This document shows, piece by piece, positions 54,281 through 64,000 of a stretch of DNA of 64,000 nt. The stretch lies in NCBI GenBank assembly GCA_965208575.1, contig CBDBOV010000005.1, positions 800,001-864,000 of the forward strand, read 5' to 3'. The DNA comes from Spirochaetia bacterium. Lineage in GTDB: Bacteria; Spirochaetota; Spirochaetia; SZUA-6; Bin103. The notes below the pieces were generated by a model, which did not search any database, was not told where the DNA came from, and saw nothing but the letters and a program-made list of their open reading frames with translations. A program made the translations under genes and the position numbers. Each line of letters begins with the position of its first letter. Position 1 is the first letter of the stretch.

Positions 54281-54382
54281 TGAACTTGGGTAAGGCGCAC
54301 CAGGGAACGGGTAGTGCGTCAGTTTACTTCGGGGAGATGGTTGACTACCTTCGGGCGTCGTCTGAACTCTGCCATGCCCCTG

Positions 54383-54589
54383 TTATCCGGTCGCTTCGCT
54401 GGGGTGGTCGATCACGTCCCCGCCCAACTCGCGCACAGCCTGCGCCACGTCCTGCACGTGGTCGCTAAGCGCATCCAGCTTTGCCCCGTGGTCGGCCAGA
54501 ATCGTGCCGTGGTCGGCCTGCGTCGCCTCCACGCGCACCAGTCGGTCCCGTAGCTCAAGCAGCAATTGGTCCCGCTCCGCGTCCGTCAT
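54383..54589 (-). CDS. Small coiled-coil hypothetical protein
   Basis: 68 aa with heptad pattern (ADHG repeats); TTGCAA-18 bp-TACATT then ATG after 6 nt. Confidence 0.55.
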   Translation of the reverse strand: MTDAERDQLLLELRDRLVRVEATQADHGTILADHGAKLDALSDHVQDVAQAVRELGGDVIDHPSEATG

Positions 54590-54872
54590 GCACCGAATGT
54601 ACCACTCCCTCACCAGCCGTTGCAATATCTTAGCCATTGCCCGACACTGCCTCCCACACAGCGATGGCCACTGACCCGAATGCCGGGTCGCGTGGTCGAA
54701 TAGAACAGCCCAACGGCGAGGCAGGGGTAGCTCCTTCGGCTCCGGGTGAATAGTCAGGGTCCGTTACACGCACGAGTGCGTCAGTGGTCTGTCGCCGTGT
54801 AACCTCCGGATGTCTCGGGTTGCGCCTTGAAGGGCGGGCAGAGCTGTACTACCAGGGAACGGGGGAACAGGA

Positions 54873-55616
54873 ATGGCAAGCGGTGACAGGGCTGCGCTGA
54901 TAACGGGGTCGGGCCGCAACATGGGGCGCGCGTGTGCTAAGGAGCTGGCGTCGATGGGATTCAACATCGTGGTCAACGGTTCTCGCAACAGGGACGACTG
55001 CGAGCGGGTCGCGGACGAGGTGCGGGCGATCGGCACCGACGCGCTGATCGTCATGACGGATGTCGGCGACCGGGCGGCGGTCAACGACATGGCCGACCGG
55101 GCGCTGCAGGCGTTCGGGCGCATCGACGCGCTGTACAACAACGCGGCGATCCGGCCGGGCTCCACCTTCCTCGACATGAGCGACGACGACCTGGCGCGGG
55201 TCATGAACGTGAACTTCCACGCCGCCGTCTGGCTCGCGCGCGCGTTTCTGCCCGGCATGGTCGAGAACAAGTGGGGCCGCATCGTCAACAATGCCGGCAC
55301 CAACTCGCTGCTCGGCACCGCCGGTCGGCCGCACGTTGCCATGGCCAAGCATGCCGCCTGGGGGCTGACCAAGGCCCTGTCGCGCGAGTTCGGGCCGCTG
55401 GGCGTGACCGCGAACATGATCTCTCCCGGCACCTTCCCCGACGAGGACGAGGATGCCGCGGGCTCCGAACGCTACCAGGCCCTGCTGCGGCAGATTCCGG
55501 TCGGCCGCCTCGGTGTGCCCGAGGACATCGCCGCCGTGGTCGGCTTGCTGTGCTCCGACCGGGGCGGCTTCATCAACGGCCAGTTGATCGCCGTGAACGG
55601 CGGCGTGGTCGGCTGA
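54873..55616 (+). CDS. SDR family oxidoreductase
   Basis: TGSGRNMG, NNAA, HVAMAK at the YxxxK position, GVTAN.ISPG, VNGG. Confidence 0.9.
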   Translation: MASGDRAALITGSGRNMGRACAKELASMGFNIVVNGSRNRDDCERVADEVRAIGTDALIVMTDVGDRAAVNDMADRALQAFGRIDALYNNAAIRPGSTFLDMSDDDLARVMNVNFHAAVWLARAFLPGMVENKWGRIVNNAGTNSLLGTAGRPHVAMAKHAAWGLTKALSREFGPLGVTANMISPGTFPDEDEDAAGSERYQALLRQIPVGRLGVPEDIAAVVGLLCSDRGGFINGQLIAVNGGVVG

Positions 55617-55722
55617 CCGCTCACGCGCTTGACGGTTGGCGGGCGTGTGATAAGGTGACTTCTTCCAACGAGCACGGGCAGCGGGATCCAGTCCCGAACC
55701 CGAGAACAAGGAGGAGTACGTT

Positions 55723-57531
55723 ATGACTCCGAGACTCATGTTGCTGACGCTGGCGTTCGCGCTGGCGGCTACCGTTGCGTTCGCCGCCGCCGACAGCGAG
55801 GAGGCGGCCGCTACCGAGAAGGAGATGGTGCTCGACCCCACCACCGGGGAGATGATCACCGCGCCCGAGTATGGCGGCACCATCACCTACGGGCGCACCG
55901 GCACCGGCGAGCACTGCGATGCCTGGGCCAACAGCGGCTGGTCGCATCACTTCGTCGGCGTGGTCACCGAGCAGCTCACCATCGCGGACTGGGGGATCGA
56001 CCGCAGCGTGAACGACCTGCGGCTCTTTTCCTATCCGTTATCCGTCATGAAGGGGCAGTTGGCCGAGCGTTGGGAAGCGCCGGATGCGACCACCTTCATC
56101 TTTCACATCCGCTCCGGCGTTCACTGGCACGACAAGGCGCCGATGAACGGTCGCGAACTGACCGCCGGCGACGTCGAGTTCAACTATCACCGCATCCTGG
56201 GGCTCGGCAGTGGCTTCACCGAAGCCTCGCCGCACGCCGGCCAATACCCCAAGATGGAATCGGTGACGGCCACCGACGCATCGACGGTGGTGTTCAAGCT
56301 GGCGGAGCCGGACCACGTCTCGCCCCTGAAGCCGGTTCCGCAATACGGCGGCGGATTCGGGCTGTTCAACATGTGGATTGCCTGGATCTACCCGCCGGAG
56401 GTGATCCAGGAGCACGGCGACATCCAGGACTGCACGAACCTGGTCGGCACCGGGCCGATGGAACTGACCGACCTGGTGGAAGGCAGCTCCGTGACCTGGA
56501 CCAGGAACCCCAACTACTGGGGGTTCGACGAGAAGTTCCCGGACAACCGCCTGCCCTACGCCGACGAGATCGTCACCCTGATCATGCCGGATCCGGCGGC
56601 GCGAATCGCGGCCCTGCGCTCGGGGCAAGTCGACATGTTGTGCAACTGCGGCGACAGCCAGTTGCGGTCGATCGACCAGGTCGACAGCCTGCAGAAGACC
56701 GATCCCCACATCCGGATGTGGGAGCGCCCCGGTCGATCCGACAACGCATTCCGGTTCATTACCGTGGGCCGGCCGCCGTTCAACGACATCCGGGTGCGCC
56801 AGGCCCTGCAGATGGCGATAGATCGGGAGACGATCGCCAACACCTACTTCAAGGGGTTTGCGGACCCCACGCCGCACGGACTTTTGCACAACGACGGCCC
56901 CTACGGGACGCCGTTCGACGAGTGGCCGGAGGAGATCGCGCAGTACTACCGCTACGATCCGGAGCGCGCCCGGCAGCTCCTGGCCGAGGCGGGCTATCCC
57001 GACGGTTTCAAGACCGAACTGAAGTACTTCGAACGCTATGACGCGAACTACGCGGAGCTGGTCATCGGCTACTGGGCTGAGATCGGCGTCGACGTCGAGA
57101 TGAGCATCCATGGCGCCGCGGAGGTTCTGGCGATCGCCCGCGAGCACACCTCGGACGGAATTGCACACGGCGAAAACTCCAACCCGACCTCGGATGTTTC
57201 AAACCTGGAGTCGTTCTACCGCTCCAATTCCCCCTACGGCTTGAACAACGATGGATTGGGCGTCAACGATCCGCACATGGACGAGCTGATCGACGCCGCC
57301 AAGGCGGCTAACACGATGGAGGACATCGTTCGGCTCACCAAGGAGGCGAATCTGTACGCGCTGGGCCAGCACTGGCACATCGACGGTCCCGGTCCGGTCC
57401 CGCAGTTCAACGTCGCCCAGCCATGGATCAAGAGCTACAACGGCGAGGTGTCGATCGGCGTTGGGCAATTCACCACGATCCTGACCCGTCTGTGGATCGA
57501 CCAGGATCTGAAGCGGGAGATGGGTTTCTGA
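55723..57531 (+). CDS. ABC importer solute-binding protein, family 5
   Basis: AAGGAGGAG RBS, signal peptide, APEYGGT, WHDKAPMNGRELTA.D, GTGP, DIRVRQAL. Confidence 0.92.
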   Translation: MTPRLMLLTLAFALAATVAFAAADSEEAAATEKEMVLDPTTGEMITAPEYGGTITYGRTGTGEHCDAWANSGWSHHFVGVVTEQLTIADWGIDRSVNDLRLFSYPLSVMKGQLAERWEAPDATTFIFHIRSGVHWHDKAPMNGRELTAGDVEFNYHRILGLGSGFTEASPHAGQYPKMESVTATDASTVVFKLAEPDHVSPLKPVPQYGGGFGLFNMWIAWIYPPEVIQEHGDIQDCTNLVGTGPMELTDLVEGSSVTWTRNPNYWGFDEKFPDNRLPYADEIVTLIMPDPAARIAALRSGQVDMLCNCGDSQLRSIDQVDSLQKTDPHIRMWERPGRSDNAFRFITVGRPPFNDIRVRQALQMAIDRETIANTYFKGFADPTPHGLLHNDGPYGTPFDEWPEEIAQYYRYDPERARQLLAEAGYPDGFKTELKYFERYDANYAELVIGYWAEIGVDVEMSIHGAAEVLAIAREHTSDGIAHGENSNPTSDVSNLESFYRSNSPYGLNNDGLGVNDPHMDELIDAAKAANTMEDIVRLTKEANLYALGQHWHIDGPGPVPQFNVAQPWIKSYNGEVSIGVGQFTTILTRLWIDQDLKREMGF

Positions 57532-57615
57532 CGCTGACGTAGCAGCTTCACTGTTGGCACTTGACCAAGTGGGATGGCGGTGCATGCCGCCGTCCCACTG
57601 TTGAGCGTTCCTGCA

Positions 57616-58581
57616 ATGCGAACGTACATCATCCGCCGCGTCCTGCTGCTGATCCCGACGTTCCTGCTGCTGACGGTCCTGGTGTTTCTCTCGGTGCGCT
57701 TCCTGCCCGGCGATGTCGTCGACGCCATGATGGCGCGGGTGGCGCAGGACCAGGGCGGGACGGCGCACTTCGACCGCGAGGCCGTCGAGCGCATGCTCGG
57801 GCTGGACGTGCCGGCGCCGGTGCAGTACGTGCGCTGGCTGGGCGGCATCGTCCTGCGCGGCACGCTGGGCGACTCGCTGTTCGGCGGCGCCACCGTCGAG
57901 GCGAAGATCATCGGCCGGCTGGCGATTACCGTCGAGCTGGGTGTGCTGTCTATCCTCATCGGGCTGGTGATCGCCGTGCCGGTGGGCATCTACTCGGCGG
58001 TGCGGCAGGACACGGCGGCCGACTACGCCGGCCGCTCCATCGCCATCATCGGCCTGGCGACGCCCAACTTCTGGCTCGCCACCCTGGTGCTGACCTTCCC
58101 CGCCATCTGGTGGGCGTGGGCGCCGCCGCTGCGCATGGTGGCGTTCGCCGACGACCCGCTGCGCAACCTCGGCCACATGCTTGCTCCGAGCCTGATTCTG
58201 GGCACCTTCCTGTCGGCCACCGTGATGCGCATGACGCGCACCATGATGCTGGAGGTGCTGCGCCAGGACTTCATCCGCACCGCCTGGGCGAAGGGACTGC
58301 GGGAGCGTTTGATCATCCTGCGCCACGTGATCAAGAACGCGCTGATCCCGGTGGCGACGCTGATCGGCCTGCAGCTCCCGATCCTGGTCGGCGGCTCGGT
58401 GATCATGGAGAACATGTTCGCGCTGCCGGGGCTGGGGCGGCTGATGCTGGAGGCGCTGAGTGTGCGCGACTACCCGCTGGTGTCGGGCATCAACCTGTTC
58501 TTCGCCACGGCGGTGATGACGATCAACCTGTTGATTGACATCCTGTACGGCTACCTGGACCCGCGGGTGCAGTACCGGTGA
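57616..58581 (+). CDS. ABC importer permease, DppB-like
   Basis: MRTYIIRR, LPGD, QDFIRTAWAKGL, LDPRV. Confidence 0.92.
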   Translation: MRTYIIRRVLLLIPTFLLLTVLVFLSVRFLPGDVVDAMMARVAQDQGGTAHFDREAVERMLGLDVPAPVQYVRWLGGIVLRGTLGDSLFGGATVEAKIIGRLAITVELGVLSILIGLVIAVPVGIYSAVRQDTAADYAGRSIAIIGLATPNFWLATLVLTFPAIWWAWAPPLRMVAFADDPLRNLGHMLAPSLILGTFLSATVMRMTRTMMLEVLRQDFIRTAWAKGLRERLIILRHVIKNALIPVATLIGLQLPILVGGSVIMENMFALPGLGRLMLEALSVRDYPLVSGINLFFATAVMTINLLIDILYGYLDPRVQYR

Positions 58582-59540
58582 GCGTGCAGCCCAAGCCGCG
58601 GGCTTTTCTGCTCGACCTGCTGCGGCGGCTGGTGGGGGAGCGGCCGCTGGGAGCGGCGAGCGCGGCGGTGATCCTGCTGCTGGCGGTGGTCGCCATCCTG
58701 GCCGACGTCCTGGCGCCCTTTCCGTTCGCCGAGATGCACCTGGTCGACCGGCTGGGCGACCCTTCGGCCACCTACCTGCTGGGCACCGACCAGCTCGGCC
58801 GCGACGTGTTGAGCCGGCTGGTGTACGGCGCCCGCACCTCGCTCGGGGTGGGCTTCGCCGCTACCGTGCTGAGCACGCTGGCGGCGCTGCTGGTGGGCGG
58901 CGTGGCCGGCTTCGTGGGCGGCAAGCTGGACATCCTGGTGCAGCGCTTCGTGGACGCGTGGATGTCGTTCCCCGGCCTGCTACTGCTATTGACGATCATT
59001 ACCATCGTCGGCCAGGGCATCCTGCAGATCATCGTGGTGCTCGGGGTTACCTCCGGCATCGGCAACTCGCGGGTGATCCGCAGCGCCGTGATCGGCATCA
59101 AGGAGAACGCCTACTTCGAGAGCGCGCGCGCCATCGGCGGCAGCGTGTGGCACACGCTGCGGCGGCACGTGTGGCCCAACATCACGGCGCCGGTGATCGT
59201 GGTGTTCTCGATCACCATTGGCGGCATCATCATCGCGGAGGCCAGCCTGAGCTTCCTGGGGTTCGGGCTGCCGACCACGGTGCCGAGCTGGGGCGGCATG
59301 CTGAGCCGGGAGGGGCGCCAGTTCATGGAGATGGCGCCGCGGCTGGCGATGTGGCCGGGGGTGGCGCTGACGCTGGTGGTATACTGCCTGAACATGTTCG
59401 GCGACGCGGTGCGCGACCTGCTCGACCCGCGGCTGCGCGGCAGCGGCTCCGGCGCCGCCGGCCTCGGCACCGGCGGCATGAGCGCCCGCGCCATCGAAGG
59501 CGCCCGCCGCGCCCTGCAAAAGGCCAACCGCTCCACCTGA
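58578..59540 (+). CDS. ABC importer permease, DppC-like
   Basis: LGTDQLGRD, EASLSFLGFG, PSWG, NMFGDAVRDLLDPR. Confidence 0.92.
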   Translation: MSVQPKPRAFLLDLLRRLVGERPLGAASAAVILLLAVVAILADVLAPFPFAEMHLVDRLGDPSATYLLGTDQLGRDVLSRLVYGARTSLGVGFAATVLSTLAALLVGGVAGFVGGKLDILVQRFVDAWMSFPGLLLLLTIITIVGQGILQIIVVLGVTSGIGNSRVIRSAVIGIKENAYFESARAIGGSVWHTLRRHVWPNITAPVIVVFSITIGGIIIAEASLSFLGFGLPTTVPSWGGMLSREGRQFMEMAPRLAMWPGVALTLVVYCLNMFGDAVRDLLDPRLRGSGSGAAGLGTGGMSARAIEGARRALQKANRST

Positions 59541-59597
59541 CACGCCGCCACGGTCATTCCGGCCCCGACCGGAACGGCAGGCGGTCAACCGACCGGC

Positions 59598-59857
59598 TCA
59601 CCGGCGGTCGTACGCCGAACGCCGGTGGGCAACACGCACAACCAGCACGATCAGCGCCGTGTGCTGCACCTCGTACACCACGCGATATTGTCCCACGCGC
59701 AGGCGGCGCAGACCGCGCAGATCGCCCTTCAGGACATCTCCTGCAGCGGGTTTTCGCGCAGGCCGTCGACGGCATGAATGATGCGCAGGCGCTCGGGCTT
59801 TGGCACACGGCGCACCTCCCTCTCAGCTTGGCGCTTGATCCGAATCGAGTAGCTCAC
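59598..59857 (-). pseudogene. relE: RelE family toxin with 1-nt frameshift (absent from the ORF track)
   Basis: MSYSIRIKRQAEREVRRVPKPERLRIIHAVDGLRENPLQ then, in another frame, DVLKGDLRGLRRLRVGQYRVVYEV...VRVAHRR; 260 nt, break near 59740. Confidence 0.82.
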
Positions 59858-60056
59858 GCTTGACCTGATCCCAGTCCAAAACCTCGTCGGTCGGATCCTG
59901 CAATCTTGTCAGAGCAACGCCCAGATCGTCGAAATCCTCGAGATAGCGCTCCACGGCCTGGCGGACGACCTCGGCACGACTACGGTTCAGGATGCGCGCT
60001 GCCGAGTCGAGCGCTTCGACGACGGGGTCGGGCATTCGAGCAGTTACCTGGGCCAT
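59823..60056 (-). CDS. RHH/CopG family antitoxin
   Basis: VTARMP..VEALD..A....RSRAEVVRQAVERYLED; overlaps the relE start. Confidence 0.82.
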   Translation of the reverse strand: MAQVTARMPDPVVEALDSAARILNRSRAEVVRQAVERYLEDFDDLGVALTRLQDPTDEVLDWDQVKRELLDSDQAPS

Positions 60057-60172
60057 GCAGATTCCTCCGAGTAAAGTCGTTGGGATCAGAGTGATGTCGA
60101 TGCCATTATCCTCTCCGGCACCGGCTGTCGATGCGCGAAGGCGGGATGGAGCACTTCGACCGCGCGGCGGGG

Positions 60173-61240
60173 TCAGACGCCCGGGTCGCGCGAGTTCCGG
60201 AGCGCGGTAAGGAACTCCGCCTCATCGGCACAGCCCAGCGCCGCCGCCAGCAGCGCCTCCTCGGTCGCCGCGGCAATCGCTCCCGTAGCGGCGGAGAACC
60301 TCGCCGACAATTCGATGCCCCGTGACCGCAGGATCTGACGGACCATCAGCGCGCGACCCTCCGCGCGACCCTCCGCGCGACCTTCCGCGCGACCCTCAGC
60401 ACGGCCTTCCGCGCGACCTTCTTCGTGGCCTGCCGCACGCCCCGCCTCGTGGCCATGCTCGAAACCCTGGCGCCGTTGCGAGCGCAGCAGCGGGTCATCG
60501 TCCGGGCCGGTGCCTTCGCGCTCACCGAGCACCGTTGCAACCCGTTCCACCGCCGCGCTCGTCTGCGCCGACGGCACCGGCTCGTTCAGCGCCAGGTGAA
60601 TCTCCTCGGCCCGCCAGCCGGGAAACGCCCGGCTATCGGACGCGATCTGGAACCGGCCACGCTCCAGCAGGTGAATGGTCAGTCCCGGGCGGCGCCGGTG
60701 CGGGCGGCTCGGCGACGGCGTGTCCGGCACCTCCACCCACACCTCCGGGAAGCCCCACGATTCGTACAGCGCGAGCTTGCCGCGGTGCACGTCGGTGGTG
60801 TGATCCACCTCCAGCACCACGTCGGGAAAGTCGTCCTCGCCCACCACCATGGCGGCTCCCGGCAGCTTGGCGCGCGCCGGATGCAGGTACACCGACTCGT
60901 CGGCCTGCATGATGCGCCGCGGTTCGCCGCCGGGGTCGCGCAGCAGCAGGTCCATCGAGCCGTACGATTCGATCGGCGACCCGCGCACCCGGCCGACCAT
61001 CTCGGCCAGGCGCGTCACCAGGCGCGACCGGCGCTCGTGATAGGAAGTGGTGGGCTCGCTGATCCAGGCGGTCTCGGAGGCCGCGTCCCAATACTCGAGC
61101 CGCCCCTCGAAGCGTTCGATCTCGGTGCGCGGCAGGTGGACCGGCTTGCAGCCCGGAAACTCCGGCGACTGGACGGGCTCGGCGGGCCGGGGTTGCGCTG
61201 CCTGGTAGCGCCCGGTGGGCGGTGCTTTGGTGCTGGACAT
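60173..61240 (-). CDS. Uma2-like PD-(D/E)XK endonuclease, paralog 1, with GRAE repeats
   Basis: MQADESVY, PDVVLEVD, KLALYESWGFPEVWV; EGRAEGRAEGRAEGRAEGRA tract. Confidence 0.82.
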   Translation of the reverse strand: MSSTKAPPTGRYQAAQPRPAEPVQSPEFPGCKPVHLPRTEIERFEGRLEYWDAASETAWISEPTTSYHERRSRLVTRLAEMVGRVRGSPIESYGSMDLLLRDPGGEPRRIMQADESVYLHPARAKLPGAAMVVGEDDFPDVVLEVDHTTDVHRGKLALYESWGFPEVWVEVPDTPSPSRPHRRRPGLTIHLLERGRFQIASDSRAFPGWRAEEIHLALNEPVPSAQTSAAVERVATVLGEREGTGPDDDPLLRSQRRQGFEHGHEAGRAAGHEEGRAEGRAEGRAEGRAEGRAEGRALMVRQILRSRGIELSARFSAATGAIAAATEEALLAAALGCADEAEFLTALRNSRDPGV

Positions 61241-61300
61241 GGCGCAGCGTAGCCCATCTCGCACGGGCGTGCAAACCAAACGTTCCAGATACGCAGGAGC

Positions 61301-61431
61301 GCGCGACCTGCACGACCCGTGGCTGCGCGGCAGCGGCTCCGGCGCCGCCGACCTCGGCACCGGCCGCATGAGCGCCCGCGCCATCGAATGCGCCCGCCGC
61401 GCCCTGCAAAAGGCCAACCGCTCCAGCTGAC
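61301..61431 (+). repeat. Duplicate of the permease 3' end (59411-59541)
   Basis: About 130-bp direct repeat with a handful of substitutions, including the stop codon. Confidence 0.9.
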
Positions 61432-61469
61432 GACGTACGCTCCGGTGACTGTCGGCTGACCGGGTGAGG

Positions 61470-62441
61470 TCAGCCGCGCTGGTCGCGCAATCGGCGGAGC
61501 GCGGCCAGGAAGTCGGTCTCATCCGTGCAGCCGAGCGCCGCCTCCAGCAGCACCTCCTCGGATGCCGCGGCGAATGCGTCGGCGGCGGCCGGGAACCTCG
61601 GCGACACCGCGATGCCCCGTGACAGCAATATCTGACGGACCATCCGCGCCCGGCCATGCTCGAACCCTTGGCGCCGTTGCGAGCGCAGCAGCGGGTCATC
61701 GTCCGGGCCGGTGCCTTCCCGCGCACCGAGCGCCGCGGCAACCCGTTCCACCGCCGCGCTCGTCTGCGCCGACGGCACCGGCTCGTTCAGCGCCAGGTGA
61801 ATCTCCTCGGCCCGCCAGCCGGGAAACGCCCGGCTCTCGGTTGCAACCCGGAACCGGCCGTGCTTGAGCAGGTGAATGGTCAGTCCCGGGCGGCGCCGGT
61901 GCGGCCGGCTCGGCGACGGCGTGTCCGGCACCTCTACCCACACTTCCGGGAAGCCCCACGACTCGTACAGCGCCAGCTTGCCGCGGTGCACGTCGGTGGT
62001 GTGATCCACCTCCAGCACGACGTCGGGAAAGTCGTCCTCGCCCACCACCATGGCGGCCCCCGGCAGCCTGGCCTGCGCGGGATGCAGGTACACCGACTCG
62101 TCGGCCTGCATGATGCGCCGCGGTTCGCCGCCGGGGTCGCGCAGCAGCAGGTCGGTCGAGCCGTACGACTCGATCGGCGAGCCGCGCACTTCGGCGATGC
62201 GCTCGGCCAAGCGCGTCAGGAGGCGCGACGGTCGCTCGTGGTAGGAGGTGGCGGGCTCGCAGATCCAGGCGGTCTCGGTGGCAGAATCCCAGTACTCGAG
62301 CCGTCCCTCGAAGCGTTCGATCTCGGTGCGCGGCAGGTGCACCGGCGTGCAGCCCGGGAACGCCGGCGGCCCGGCGGGCTCGGCGGGCCGGGGTTGCGCT
62401 GCCTGGTAGCGCCCGGTGGGCGGTGCTTTGGTGCTGGCCAT
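61470..62441 (-). CDS. Uma2-like endonuclease, paralog 2
   Basis: Highly similar to 60173-61240, lacks the GRAE tract. Confidence 0.82.
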   Translation of the reverse strand: MASTKAPPTGRYQAAQPRPAEPAGPPAFPGCTPVHLPRTEIERFEGRLEYWDSATETAWICEPATSYHERPSRLLTRLAERIAEVRGSPIESYGSTDLLLRDPGGEPRRIMQADESVYLHPAQARLPGAAMVVGEDDFPDVVLEVDHTTDVHRGKLALYESWGFPEVWVEVPDTPSPSRPHRRRPGLTIHLLKHGRFRVATESRAFPGWRAEEIHLALNEPVPSAQTSAAVERVAAALGAREGTGPDDDPLLRSQRRQGFEHGRARMVRQILLSRGIAVSPRFPAAADAFAAASEEVLLEAALGCTDETDFLAALRRLRDQRG

Positions 62442-62669
62442 GACGCCAGCGTAACCGATCTCGCGCAGGCATGTAAACCGAACGTTCCAGATATGCAGCT
62501 TACCCGTAGCTGCTCGATCGGCGTTCGTCCGCCATGTGGTGCCCCGGTTCAGAGCTGCTCCTCGATCCACCTGTCATCGTGCGCGCGGTACGAGTGGAGA
62601 TCACTCCATCAGTCGGACAAGCCCATGCAAAGAGCAAGCGCTCGATTGAGGCGCAGCAACTCCCGGCTG

Positions 62670-63128
62670 TCCAAGCGGCAACGTCGGCAAGCGCCTGGTG
62701 CGCGCACCCAAGATCTACATCCGCGACAGCGGCCTGGTGCACGCGCTCCTGGATGTCGCCGAATACCACGATCTGTTGGGGCACCCGGTGGTAGGGTCCA
62801 GTTGGGAGGGATTCGTGATCGAGCATCTGATCGCGCCCGCCGGCTGGCGGTGCATCCCCTACTACTACCGGACCCACTCCGGCGCCGGGATCGACCTGCT
62901 GTTCGAACGCGGTGGCCGGGTGGAGGCGGCGATCGAGATCAAGCGATCGGCGGCGGCCAGCGTGTCGCGCGGTTTTCACGCCGGCTGCGCGGTGCTGCAG
63001 CCGCGCGCAAGTACCTCGTACACGGCGCCGACGGCGCCGACGCGGACGGGGACACTTGGCCGGCGCCGGGCAGAGTGACCGTGATCGGCCTGCGCGCGCT
63101 CGCCGAGCGGCTTGCCGGGCAGGCGTGA
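62670..63128 (+). pseudogene. C-terminal fragment of an AAA ATPase/DUF4143 protein, frameshifted
   Basis: NVGKRLVRAPKIYIRDSGLVHALL, GSSWEGFV, YYYRT..G..IDL, AIEIK; no ATPase part; frameshift near 63008. Confidence 0.78.
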
Positions 63129-63448
63129 TACGCGGCTCATTCAAGGAATCAACTTGACCTTATGCGGGGGCGGCCGCCTCGGTGCCGACGCCGCCGGGCC
63201 GGTATAGGTGCATCGTGCCACCATCTGGAGTGGGCAAGCAGACCGGCTGCTCCAGACCCGCCGGAGTCGAACGCATCGAAAAGCGTGAATTTGACAGCGT
63301 GCGGCGGGCGGCGTAAGGTGGAGCGCTCAGGGATCCGGAACTTGGTGTGCCGCCCTCACCGACCGAGAGGCGCTCGTGACGCGAGCGCGGCGAGGGGCCG
63401 GCAAGTGGAATCGGTGCTCTCGAACCAATCAACAATGGAGGAATCTTG

Positions 63449-64000
63449 ATGAGATTTTCAGGAAAGGCATTCGCACTTGTGCTGGTCGTCGGCCTGGCCG
63501 CAACCGGCCTGTGGGCCGCCGGCGAAGAAGAGCAGCCGGCAGCCGCCGCCGACAAGAAGTACGTGACCGACCCGGTCACCGGCACGGTGTACTCCGCGCC
63601 GGAGTATGGCGGCACACTCATCTACGTATTCAGAAGCACGGTTGAGCCTCGTGACCCCTGGTTTGGTAGTGGAGCCGGTCAAATCATGAGTGCCCCGCTG
63701 GAGAAACTGGGCACGGTGGACTGGGCCATAGACAGGGACATGTTTCATTTCGTCGGCGGCTATGCGCCGCCGCTGTCCGCCCTTACCGGGGCGCTGGCGG
63801 AGAGCTGGGAACAGCCCGACGCCACCACCTATGTCTTCCACATCCGCCAGGGCGTCCACTGGCATGACAAGCCGCCAATGAACGGGCGGGAACTCACTGC
63901 CGAAGATGTCGAGTTCAACTTTCACCGCATGTTGGGCAACAAACTGACCGGGACCCGGTTCAGCGAAGCCGAACCTTCCCCGGCGGCAGGAGCCCTCGGA
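63449..64000 (+). CDS. ABC importer solute-binding protein family 5, partial
   Basis: GGAGG RBS; MRFSGKAFALVLVVGLAATGLWAAGEEE..APEYGGTL..WHDKPPMNGRELTAEDVEFN; runs off the window. Confidence 0.88.
   Translation, partial: MRFSGKAFALVLVVGLAATGLWAAGEEEQPAAAADKKYVTDPVTGTVYSAPEYGGTLIYVFRSTVEPRDPWFGSGAGQIMSAPLEKLGTVDWAIDRDMFHFVGGYAPPLSALTGALAESWEQPDATTYVFHIRQGVHWHDKPPMNGRELTAEDVEFNFHRMLGNKLTGTRFSEAEPSPAAGALG

Noticed and set aside
54750-54830. Guanidine-I (ykkC), Moco or SRP RNA assignment
   Set aside because: Only short word matches; the diagnostic conserved segments are not in the right order, so it is kept as an unassigned candidate
60350-60450. 12-bp tandem repeats as a CRISPR or regulatory array
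   Set aside because: They encode the GRAE peptide repeats of the Uma2-like protein; no spacers and no cas genes
60173-61741. Long N-terminal extensions or fusions in the ORF track (also 17171-18427, 34376-36043, 20954-23428, 24617-25792)
   Set aside because: Internal starts with promoter, RBS or translational coupling fit the family N-termini; the extensions cross other genes or repeats

Overview
High-GC bacterial chromosomal window. The family-5 solute-binding proteins, Calx-beta-like lipoprotein, phytanoyl-CoA dioxygenases, sulfatase and dense toxin-antitoxin/Uma2 content resemble a host-associated Spirochaetaceae-like or sponge-symbiont genome (inference only). Contents: the end of a type I secretion locus, an RsbW-like kinase, a large HNH endonuclease, four ABC exporter genes with DUF1854, an SPL-like radical SAM gene, larE-larB-larC without larA, three peptide/oligosaccharide ABC importer loci (one with two GH32 genes), six TA pairs (several damaged) plus a Fic gene, and three Uma2 genes. 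The most notable feature is a 3795-bp DDE transposon in two near-identical copies (25746-29540 and 40036-43830). Each copy has its own 5-bp target duplication, paired subterminal repeats, a DnaA box and a dead second transposase as cargo. Both copies sit in the same orientation exactly 5 bp upstream of the -35 hexamer of a sigma70-type promoter (TTG-N3-17 bp-TANNNT), which suggests promoter-targeted transposition (n=2). Also seen: a 162-bp palindromic MITE inserted in frame in an ABC exporter, several decayed duplicates of gene 3' ends bracketing accessory genes, widespread leaderless promoters, and a candidate structured RNA upstream of an SDR gene. No rRNA, tRNA or CRISPR array was found.
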